Below, piece after piece: positions 28,792 through 40,274 of a stretch of 64,000 nucleotides of DNA. Numbering within the stretch: the stretch's first letter is position 1; each line of letters starts with the position of its first letter. Source of the DNA: Obrimoposthia wandeli (taxonomy: Eukaryota). The notes beneath the pieces were generated by a model. The model was given only the letters and a program-made list of their open reading frames with translations. It had not been told where the DNA came from and did no database searches. The translations under genes were made by a program, and so were the position numbers. The stretch lies in assembly GCA_977020255.1 (NCBI GenBank), contig CDROCS010000268.1, positions 124,001 through 188,000 on the forward strand, written 5' to 3'.

Positions 28792-29319
28792 AAACTTAAG
28801 GATGCTGAGACAAGGAAGTACCTGTTCTTGGTCATTTCATTTCAAGTTAACCAGTCGCCGGTAGCTTCTCTTTCCAGAAATACATATAACTTGTACAGGT
28901 TGCATATTTTGAACTCCTAAAGGCTATTAGTCATTAAATAGTAAAACCTTTCCCTGAAAAAGTTAAATCTTATAATGTCGTAAATTATTTTATTTATCAA
29001 ATAACTATCCATAGCATTGATTATCTGTTTAAAAATATGATAACGTTGATTCAAAAGACTTTTGAATAACCCTATGTAAAGGTATGGATGAGTTATGCCA
29101 CTTTAGGTATTATAACAGTCACTCATAAATAAATTAATAAAATGTATAATTACTTCCCTTAGCAATTACAATATTACCATGTTTTGAAAAAGAAATAAAT
29201 TTCTGAATATTTTCAATTAGCAGCCCATTGTAATATACGGAAGCCGTCTAAATTCAATATTTTATTAATAATTAAAAATATTACAATTAAATTTATGCAT
29301 ATTCGCAATTATTCAATGA

Positions 29320-29700
29320 TGAGGAATCCGCTATTGCATATCCCCATGGTTACAAAATCATTCCCCTTGAAATGCTATTCCCAACTTTGAGTATCTCTGT
29401 TGAAATTGTAACTTCGAGGCGTCTACGGATAATAGAAAACCCACATCGACAATAAGACGAAAGGCATAACCCCCAACCTTCCATACAAGTGAGAGAACTC
29501 GCAATCTGAAGGCTTCTTTAAGAAGTGCAATAACTCTAATCTCAACAGAAGCAACAAAGCCATTTATAATATGCTAAAAATACTTTCTCATTTCTCTCTA
29601 ATCAAACATTGACTAAATTCTCCTCTCAAGCATCCCTTCATCTTTGTTCACTTTTCTACCTACAGACAGACGCAATGTTCCTTTTTTCACTCGGAAAATC
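29320..29700 (-). pseudogene. Possible LINE reverse-transcriptase relic
   Basis: LLKEAF, WKVGGYAF..FLLS and SRGMIL*PWGY loosely follow the RT DxxKAFD / KL..YG / GVPQGS.LGP blocks. Confidence 0.35.
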
Positions 29701-29830
29701 TAGTTGAATATTCATGAACACTGAAAACACGCCAAATCATAACGTTTCTTTCACCAAAATGTTGTGCTTCTATTTGTAAATCTATCCAGTAATCAGGCTG
29801 CGTGTCGCTGAAAATATGGTGCTCTCAAAA
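29700..29830 (-). pseudogene. Short Tc1-like transposase relic
   Basis: IFSDTQPDYWIDLQ...HFGERNVMIWRVFS resembles IFSDE...YW...FGGG.VM.WG.FS. Confidence 0.45.
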
Positions 29831-32800
29831 ATCTTACATTTTAAAACATAAAAAATAATGTATTTGCTCTGTATAATCCCTGCAAAAGATTCAATATCAT
29901 CGTCAGTCGATGCTTTGGCCAGCTTGTTATAGATACAAAACATAGTCAATCCTTTAAATAAAATTAATTAGTTATGCCTGTATTAATAAGAAAGAAATGA
30001 GATTTTTTCCTTTTTAAACATTTACAATATTTCAGCTGAAATTAGAAAGTTAATTAATTATTAAAGGTGTTTTAAGTAATTATGGTTATTGATTTTGAGT
30101 AGAAATATCCCAAGAGATAACACGACAAAATGTCGATAACTGTTATGTTAGGAAAATCTCAATTGTGTTATCAACTGCCTAGTTACATTTGGTACATTTT
30201 AATTAGTACTTAAGCATATTATTATGCCTGAGAAAACACATTAGTAAAGTTGTAAAATTTGATTCTGCCTGCAATTATAATCAACAATTCTTTATCAACT
30301 AACCTCCGGGAAGTCAAAATATATGTGACTTATTTTGGGTAGATAACAAACTAACACTTTCTTCAATTATCTAAACAGGTTTTCGAGAAAACAACTGATG
30401 AAGTTTTATTGCAGATAATTTCATTCTGTTCATGTAACTCACTAAAAATTTGCAAATAAATTATTTTACATTAAGAATAAACTGTTGAGGTTAGAGTTAT
30501 TGCATTCCGTATATAAGCCTGTAGCTCGTGAGTTCTTGTTGTGGAGATTAAACTGAGTTTGTCTCAAATCGAAAGGCTGTTAGTGTATACTCAGTGAAAT
30601 AACGTTAATGCGACTCACAAGTATTTCTATAGGAAAATCAACACAACTGCGATTGTTGCTTGCACGCTATTCTACTTCAAATACAGTGAGGATCCTATGA
30701 AAATTAGCTAATTCTTAAATCAAGATTATTATAGCAATGTTAGAACAACGTATGTTATTACAGATTAAAATCGTCGGAATATTTTTACACCATTGTATAT
30801 CCTAAAACTAGTTACGAGCACCGGACAAGGTTACTAAGTTTAAGAGAAATTTGATATCCTACAAGGACAGGACTGTTACGGGTTTATGAGGTTGAAGTAA
30901 TATTTTATCATAAGCATCTTAAAAAATAGGATAGATTTAACCCAATAAATTTAAATTATCGGTTTTTCGTGAATTTATCTAATGACAACTCCATATAACT
31001 CCAATTATTATCGGTTATAACTTCAACTCTTGTTGGGTACAACTTCAATCCTGGTTGATTACACTTTCAATTCTTGCAGGTTGCACGTTGTCGCTTTTAT
31101 TTTTAATTGAACCTGAATTCTCTCGATTGTCGTCTTTTATAGAGAATTCTAGCCACATGGAAATTATATTGATCCGACACACTGCCTCACAAATATGCTG
31201 CCTACTCTCGCTGCCTCGCTTCCGGTTGTTCAATCCACTATCATCGTGGTGCCTCAGGTGACTCCGACTAATATAGGTAGCTGATATCTTCTGAGAAAAT
31301 TATCTCTATTTTAGAGCTACTTAAACTCTCTTTTTGGGATTTTAGATAATTATTTCAATATTTTTTATTTTGTTTGTGCCTCAGTGTCCTTGGGTGTGAC
31401 TATAAATATAGCTCATTTTATGTAATATTTTAACTTTGCTTGTCCGTTTCTAAGCCGAAACAAAATGACTGATGCAGTAAATGACACAATTGTTTTTCTC
31501 ACTCATTTTTATTGTAAGGATAACAATGTATGAAACTGAAAACGTATATTCACCGTATTCTAAGAGATTTCACAGAAAATTAACACTGAAAAAGTTGTAT
31601 TAGTTTGACACAGGAAGCAGCTGTTATAGCAGTTGATGAAGTCATGTTGTTATTGTTTTAAAACTAGATAATCAATTAAGAAATGTAGTAACATAGTTTG
31701 TCAAGTTGCCAAGATCAGTTTAAATATATGGAAAATATATTAAAAATGTATGCATGGAAATAATGAGAAATAACAAAATGTACAAAACTGCAAATAGTCT
31801 TGGATTTCAAAGTCATAATTTCCTCAATGTAAGAACGCTCGCCGATAAGCAATGTTAAATATCAATAATTTATAATTTATAATTCGTGACTGAAATTTCA
31901 AGTCTGCAGAGTGAAATGTTTGATAATTTTACTATTTAGACAGTTAATTTCTCCATTATGACGTGGTGAAGTCTTGAAAAAATGTCAAAAGGTAATTACG
32001 CTCAAACGTGCTTAAAGCGGATATTACTACAGTCATTTTCATGTTCTCCTTCAGTCTGACTGTATCTTGGCGACATGAAAACTCATGCTGAAAGCTCCAC
32101 TAGTCTCTGGTGACGAAATGTACTGTTATAAATAATGAAAAAATTGTGCGTTACTTCTGTTACTTACTTTATTGAATGTGAAAATATTTGGAAACACTGA
32201 GAAACTATTTTAATGTAACGAGGATGAGTTATAATTTGGAGTAACCTAGATAAAACTGTCTATATGGACATATATCCCTTATTTGAATTGAATAATGTTG
32301 CGTTTTCTGTTATAATGTATCAGAAATTATTTAATTTAATTTCAAACTATGAGTTCTAGCTGAATTAATTAGTAATCGTATGGTAACTAAAAAAGGTCGA
32401 TACAACTTCAATTTACATATAAAAACGACTAAATAAATTATTTGAATCATTCTTAACTATTTACTGTATGACTTTTTAATTTAAGACACTACTTAGTTTT
32501 CATTGGAATATAAGTTTCTAAATGACCCTAAACACGTTTCGAGTAATATTTTTATAGTATGACTCTTTCAATAGTTTAAAATAGTGATGTTGACACAACA
32601 GTATACAGAAGGATAGACAACTGTATTTTACAAATGATCAAATCAGTATGAAAATGTCAAGGGATAACAAAACAGCTTCTTGTATGGTTGTGACACAAAG
32701 ATACATCGCATTTTGAACACCAGACGTATATATCTTCTGTGAAAATGTATATGCACGGCTAACTTCATTCTACTGGTTCAATCAAACCTTCTTCATTTTT

Positions 32801-34055
32801 AAATAGTGCATTTGCAGCTGACCCTGTGAGATATGTATTATAATAATAAAATAATTCAAGATCAATACCAAACTTATCGACTGTCTCCATCGTCGAAATC
32901 ATCTACAAACGATTTATTCTCAATTTTTAAATAAAATTTTAAATGAAATATTATATAGATTCTTGTGAATGTACAACTTTTTAACTATTCTTGTCACAAC
33001 ACAAAATAAATGACTACATTACTATGCATGATTTTGTTTTACAAGAATTCACAATAATATTCTATGAGCATTTTTAGTCCTGATTTCAAAACATTTTACT
33101 TTCATATCTAGATTTTTGTCAGATACATTTTCTTGATTAACACTTTGACTTCTTCCTTCAAAACTAGGCACCTTATAATGAAGAGCAAGGTGAAAGATTT
33201 CACTAAGATATAGATACAATCGAGTATCGTTTTTAGGGAAATTGGAAACTTTCAATGAAGACTGACTACTGCTGGTACCAGAAGAGAGATGGCCTTGATA
33301 ACAAATATAAAATAAAATGAAACCACATTAGTTTCCCTTCATTATAAGAAGTCAATAAACTGACAAAAACTCCATCTATCTATCTATCGCCATTTTGTAA
33401 TATGTCGTCTACATAGTCTGAAAGAGGTTTGCAGTAAATTTCTTAACGCAAAGGAAAAGCTCTGGGATTTATTTTGAAAAAATAATATGCATTTGTGAAA
33501 TTTTCAGCTTTTATCTCAAATTGATATTTTTCTTCAAACCATTTTCAGAATTCTCTTTTCGTCTTTAGAAATTTACTGTCAAACTTATTTCGGATTAAAT
33601 TGATGATGATGTACGCGTTGAGAATAAAATATTGGCCTGGTTGAAAAACATGGTTTTAAAATTCAATGTAGAAATATTGTAAAAATGCACTGCTTGTGAA
33701 CTCATAAAACATTTTTTTGCAAAAGCATTATTAACTTGATGTTATAATGAAACATTTTCATAGGTTGATTACAATTCAAAACCACACGTCTTATTTCAAT
33801 CATAGCAAACCTTTTTTAGTAATTACAATATTTTTGTAAAAATAATAACTTTTTTTAATTTTATTAAAACAATATACCTACTTTATTCAATTAATTGAAA
33901 ACTTAAACAAAATATAATACATTAGTTAATACAATATCATTGAGTCTAAACTTATTATCTATAGTAGGCTGCACAACTATTTTTAAACAGAAATGTTCTA
34001 AGGGTATATGTATATTATATATGTATATATATTCCATTTAGTTTACATTAATATA

Positions 34056-34520
34056 CAGGGTGTCCCATAATGACTTACCCATGTTTTTTTTTTAAATTAT
34101 TCAATGTTAACTTAAGATAGAATAATAAAACTCGGGCCATACGTTTACATATATTTTACCAATATATTAAAATAGTCCAATCTCAAAATGGCCGCCTTTT
34201 GCTTTCACCATAGCCTGTAAACGAGTGGTCACTGATTGACAAGATCGCCGCACCATCTCCTCATCAAACTTGGACCATGTGTTAAGAAGGGCTTCTTTTA
34301 GAGCAGCTACATTTGAGTATGATTTAGAGGAAACATTGCTCTCTAAGATAGATCAAATAGAAAAGTCCATTGGGTTAATGTCTGGACTTGAGGGAGGCCA
34401 TACGTTCTTGTCCCAGAATTCCGAAAAATAATCTTTACACCATTTTTGAGTCAAATTAGACGTGTGAGCCGGTGCACCATCTTGAGTAAATACATAATGC
34501 TATAATGAATACATAGTACT
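34056..34520 (-). mobile_element. 3-prime half of a DD37D (maT-type) Tc1/mariner element with its TIR
   Basis: YVFTQDGAPAHTSNLTQKWCKDYFSEFWDKNVWPPSSPDINPMDFSI* has 37 residues between the two catalytic Asp. It ends AKGGHFEIGLF* (stop 34167-34169). The terminus TA|cagggtgtccc is at 34054-34066. Confidence 0.92.
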
Positions 34521-36025
34521 ATTCCAATAAATAAAGTATAAATTACAAAAGCGGGTCATTTAAAAATCTCATAAAATACAGGTTTCATAATATATTTAAA
34601 AATAAAAACAACCATTAAATAATGATTTTTATACCTTTATATCGTGACTTTCTAATTCATTTTGAGTCATTCCTTTTCTTTGTCGATAATTTCTATAGCT
34701 TGATAATGCTCTTTCGGCTGCATAATTCACAGTTGGTATCCATGAGACATTTTCGTCAAACTGTTTTAACTAAAAGAGATTCCCATTTTTTCAGTTGTGC
34801 ATTGATAATGTTAATCCATTCCAAAAGTATATGATTATGAAGTTCTTCCAAAGAATCTTCAATGACGTTCTTTTTTCAAAACTTTTTCTCATATTATTAC
34901 AATGTTGCGAAATTGGATTGAAAACGTTGCTAAAAATAAACAAAATTGTTGAAGAACAATCTGTTTTTCTGTAGTTAATGATCTAAATCCTGCTCAAAAA
35001 TATTTCCTTACACAACCAACGAGCTTAATCCAAAACAGTAATACTTCTAGTACATACAGTTTCTTGCCATTCAAGAAACATTTACTTGAGCAATCAAATT
35101 CTTTATGATCCTTGTGCAAATAAACATTTTTTTATATAATATTTTCATTGAAATTTTTTTACATTTAAACAATACCTACTTTCTATTATATTTCGAATGT
35201 CAAATAATTTTACTTCATCATACATTAAATGATATGTATTCAAAATCAAAATTTTTTAACCGTTGATTTATCAGGTCCCATAGTTTCACAAAACTTTTGA
35301 AAATGAATGATGCCGGTATGGCACACTCCACCAATTCAGTTTCATTCTGAGTAATACTCGTATCCCATTTATTCTTCCAAACATGACATTACATGTGTCA
35401 CCCACTAATCCAATAATATTTTCTTTTAATTCAAAATATTGTTCAATATTTAGTATTATTTCTTTAACTTCTCTCTTTAAATGTACTACACGTAGAATTT
35501 TCCCAATATGTTTATTTCTCTATGAAATTGATAAAATACATTCATTCCATCTACTTGATAAGTATTGCACTATATACATAGTACAAACTTACCCTTATAA
35601 TGTTTAATATGAGAAACATCGTTTTAAAATGTATGCTGAATCTCTTTATTTATTTGGTAACGAAATATTCTTTCCGAAATATTAGCAAATTTTGCCAATC
35701 CACGTTGACTGCAGTTAGGTATGATAAAAAAGGTAATGGAATCATCATCAGAATCATTTTCTGTATTATTAGAAAGCACGCGTATTTTAGATTTATAAAA
35801 TATTCTAGGCTTCTAATACGGATTTAAATCAGGATGCAAAAGAAAATGTTTGAAATTAACTTTAAATTAATATAATATTTGAATTAATATTTATTTTCTT
35901 CCCGCTGTCAGTACAAAAGGGAATTAAATATTTTGTACACTTTTAAAGTTCGTAAATAAAATAAATAATAAAAATATAACCGATCAATGATTTTTGAGAC
36001 TAATTTTGCACTCTTATTTATATAT

Positions 36026-38043
36026 TAGGGTATTTCCAAAATCCAATTTGAAAAAAAATTATTGAATATAAAGATGACGTTTTATATAAAAATAAATTAT
36101 ATATTAATTTTAAGCTTTGAAATACAATAAAAACTTCCGCTAAAATAATAAAACATTTTAGTAATCTATATTCCAAATTAGTAGGCATTATTGAATGATT
36201 AATAATTTATCAATTGATAGTTACGTAAGTTAATCAATAATTGACCAAGAAAGTACATTATAAAATTAATACATTACACTTACTTTAGTCTAATAACTAA
36301 TAATAATGCCAATAACGGATTTATCACAATTTTACAGAAAACGGAAAGTATCCCAAAAACATGTATTTATAAAAATTCCAGAAATGTGAAATTTAACTTT
36401 GAATCAATTGCCACAAGCAAAATATTGTCGTCCACTATCGAGATCGTTGGTAGAGTCAAAGATTTGCAAGAACAAAAACATGGAATAAGTCATAAAAATG
36501 TGGTCAGCCAAGTGACAGACGAATTAATCAATCAATTGAGTAATTGTTCAATACCAAACAAATCGAGAAATTCAGTTTTTGTAAAAATTATGAATTTAGT
36601 TACAAAATATGATAAATTGCAAAAAATGTCAATGCTATTATTTTGATTATTTGACTATTTGATAAACTTACAAAGGAAGATGAACTATTTTATAAAGAAC
36701 AAATGGACCCTGAGAATTTCAAGAAGTTAAGAAGTATTGCAGTGATAAAATATTACCTATCAAGATGCATCCATCAAAGAAAGTTAGAGTAAATAATGAT
36801 AATATAATATAGTAATAATAATAATGAAATAGAAATGAATGACATAAGTGAAGATCTGTATGAACCTCAAATTTCTATTAAAAACTCGATGGAACACAAC
36901 TACAGCATCTATCCCCCACGACCATGCCAATTTATCACACAAACCAAAAGATATGTGAAACATTATGAAGGAGTCTCACCGTCTACATCACGAATTTGGA
37001 TACGATCCAAAAAATTTAAAATGTGTTTGGTAGAAAATCAGATATTTGATGGTTATAATATTTTTCTGTACGATATGAAAAAGGTGCAATTGTATGGAAG
37101 AAAAAGAGAATTACTGGCTATAGCAGTATCAAATGATATATCATGCAAAATGTTATGTTTGAAAGAAATTAAAAATAAAAGTGCGCTTATAGTCTCAAAA
37201 GCCTTAAAAGCAGAAATTAACAAGCTCCCAGCAAATCAATTTGATATTATCTGCATTGACACTGCACCAGTAAATACAAGTTATTTTTAGAATAAATAAC
37301 TAATTACAATTTAGGTTGTCATTCTGGAGTTGCAACCAGATTAAGAAATTTAATTTTTAATTTTGTCGGTTGTCGACTACATATTTTGGATCTCATTCTG
37401 CGTTCAGAATTCACCGAAATGGTTCCACTAAAAAGTAATTGATCTTATAAATTTATTGAGGATATAAAATATACTTATAATCAGACAATTTTGAATTATC
37501 AATTAAATAATGACACTGAGGCACCAAATTATGATTTCCCTTTAAATGAGACTAGGCACAATGATTATAGACTGCTTTTACAATTAATGAAAGCTGTCAA
37601 ATATTTTTGAGAAACCGGTAATAAGTATAAAATTAATTTACCAAAATATCCGCCTCCTTTATCAAAGGCTAGATGGAATAGCAGAGCTATTTATTCTTTA
37701 TTAGCAGAATTAATATGGGGCTATGAAACAGTATATCAAATAAATACATTTATTATTGGTATTTGGCTAAATCGTGGTTTTCTATCAGACACATGTAACT
37801 GAGAAAATTTGAAATTTTGATTAATATATATATTTATATAATCGGTGAATGAATTGGTTGAAATAATAAATATAAAATATATTTTAGTGTGTTTTATTGA
37901 TTTATTTTTGTAAAATTTGGGGTTGACTAAATATTGTTATTTTTTGAATTTCTTTACAGGTTCATAATCTACGTTAAAAACGGCACTTATAGTGAAATAT
38001 ACTTTTCGAAATATCAACAAAAATACAAAAATTGGACACCCTA
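36026..38043 (+). mobile_element. Degenerate hAT-superfamily (hATm-like) transposon
   Basis: Termini tagggt / acccta with ttatatat / atatatat flanks. Fragments DELINQLSNCSIP..S...KI, ICIDTAPVNT, FVGCRLHILDLILRS and LSKARWNSRAIYSLL. Multiple stops. Confidence 0.7.
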
Positions 38044-39237
38044 ATATATATTATATGTGTGTGTGTTTGTGTTTGTATTGTTATTTAACAAAGCACGGCA
38101 CTGAAAGTTGGGATTTCATTGTACATTTTATGAATTTTATCTCAAAATGTAGAATCTACTTAAGGTTCATTTATTTTCACATTTATTTAACTTAATTTGA
38201 TTAATCGGTCGGATGATATTTCAATTATTTATATATTTCATTATTTTGTGCAGCTTCTGTGGCACTGGTTATATTTTCTGTACGCTCAAATATAAAACTG
38301 GCATTTCATTAGGCGAGGCCGGAAGTTAATGAACCGGATATCAATCTAAATATATTTATTATCTCAATTGTCACTTTCAATGTTGGAATGTAATTGTACA
38401 AAAAAGAGAAATGACCATCAATCAAAACAATTCTTATGATAATTAATTGATACAAAAATTATTATTCAATTTTTTTGTAAAGCTATCAGAAAGTATTAGG
38501 AGTCAAAGTTGTTCAATGTTAATTCGAAGTTCAATTATTGACGGAATTGATAAATTTGTGTAAGGATAGAGAAGATTTAATTTGAATTCAAGATTTAAAT
38601 TGATAATAAAAGTATGTGCTAGTACTTTACATCTAATTTATACTTCGACTAGTATAATTATGAGAAAGTACTAAAGTCAATCGTTGAAGTTTAAATTAAT
38701 ATAAATGGCCTTTCCAAGATAAACAATGGGAAATTGTACAATTAGTTATAATCAAACATAAGAAACTTCAGAAATATCGATACATTAATATATATGTATT
38801 CAAGAAGTTCTATGAACGTTAAAGAATTCATCCTAAGCCTCCGTGTAGCCAATATGACTTAATTGTCTAAAAATGAAAATAAATTATGAAAATATGAATA
38901 AAATGTCAATTGCACTAAATAATGCTTTAATTGTCCTGAAGAAAATGGCGTCAATTAAAGTCTAAATAGAGAAATATTGATATTAACCCATATTTGCCTA
39001 AGTCGGAATTTTTAATCATAATTCAACCTAAATTCGTATTTAAATGTTATTGATAATAAGACATTCACGTAGTTAAACAAATGAAAACTAACAAAAAATA
39101 AGAAACTACGTTATTTCGGACTAAAATACATGATTAAAAAACAAAATACTTCAAATCTACAGCCTCTACACATTTTTTATTTTTTGGTGTCAGTTTAAAC
39201 TGACATTGTCAAATATGAGTCAAATATGGTTAAGATA

Positions 39238-39396
39238 TACCTAACCAATACTGATTCCATTTTTTCTCAAATTAAAGCCGAAAAAGTCTTATTTTTCGAT
39301 GAGTAACAATTGCTGTAATAATTTAAATAGTTAGTAACAAAATCCCTAACCATTTAAAGGGTACATAAAAATAAAATTGGATTTAATTCATGTTAA
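39238..39396 (+). repeat. Left copy of a ~160-bp direct repeat flanking the Polinton (right copy 51728-51886)
   Basis: tacctaaccaatactgattcc...atttaattcatgttaa is present on both sides, with one substitution (ctcaa vs ctcga). Confidence 0.95.
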
Positions 39397-39406
39397 GATA
39401 TACCTA

Positions 39407-40199
39407 AGTAGGTAGAAGGATGGAGTCTAGATCACTTGACCCCCCCCTAAAGGGTGTCACACCATAAGGGTGTGACACCCTTTAGGGGGGAGGGGGGAGG
39501 GCGAGGGGGAGGGGGTCAAGTGATCTAGTCTCCACCCTTCTTTTGGCTAACCACTAAAGGGTTGTGGTCGTCCATAATTCAAAGGGTCAAGTGGTCTAGT
39601 CTCCACCCTTCTTTTTGTGATCTAGTCTCCACCCTTCTTTTTGTGATCTAGTCTCCACCCTTCTTTTTGTGATCTAGTCTCCACCCTTCTTTTTGTGATC
39701 TAGTCTCCACCCTTCTATTGGCTAACCACTAAAGGGTTGTGGTCGTCCATAATTCAAAGGGTCAAGTGGTCTAGTCTCCACCCTTCTTTGATATACCACT
39801 ATGGTCGTCCATAAATCAAAGGGTCAAGGTCAGTTTAGACTTGAAACTTTGAAGGTATAATTAAGGTCATGTGAAAGTTCACACTTAAAAGTTAAGGAAT
39901 GTATGACGTAATCATACACACACTATTCTATGTGAAAATTTAGGCTAAAGTTCACTCTTATCAGTTAAGGAATGTGGTTTTTAACACACACACACACACT
40001 ATTCTATGTGAAAATTTAGGCTAAAGTTCACTCTTATCAGTTAAGGAATGTGGTTTTTAACACACACACACTATTCTATGTGAAAATTTAGACTAAAGTT
40101 CACTCTTATCAGTTAAGGAATGTATTACGTAATCATACACACACTAATCTATGTGAAAATTTAGATCAAAGTTTTTCTCAGGCTTACACATCTAAAGAA
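39407..40199. repeat. Left TIR (~793 bp): hairpin, G-tract, 26-bp array (5 copies, 39595-39716) and 72-76-bp array (4 core motifs, 39929-40172)
   Basis: Reverse complement of 50858-51727 apart from array copy number and hairpin length. Confidence 0.97.
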
Positions 40200-40274
40200 T
40201 TATGTTAAAATTTGTATTAAATCAAAAATAAATAAGAAAGAAGTCAGAGAATAATACAAAATTAAACACATTTA

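Noticed and set aside
32600-33300. Possible further hAT relic on the minus strand
   Set aside because: Only weak T-x-x-AAN and CH-x-IQ-x-AV-like traces; not enough to call.
39595-40172. TIR arrays as a CRISPR-like array
   Set aside because: The units are head-to-tail tandem repeats without unique spacers, there are no cas genes, and the context is eukaryotic.
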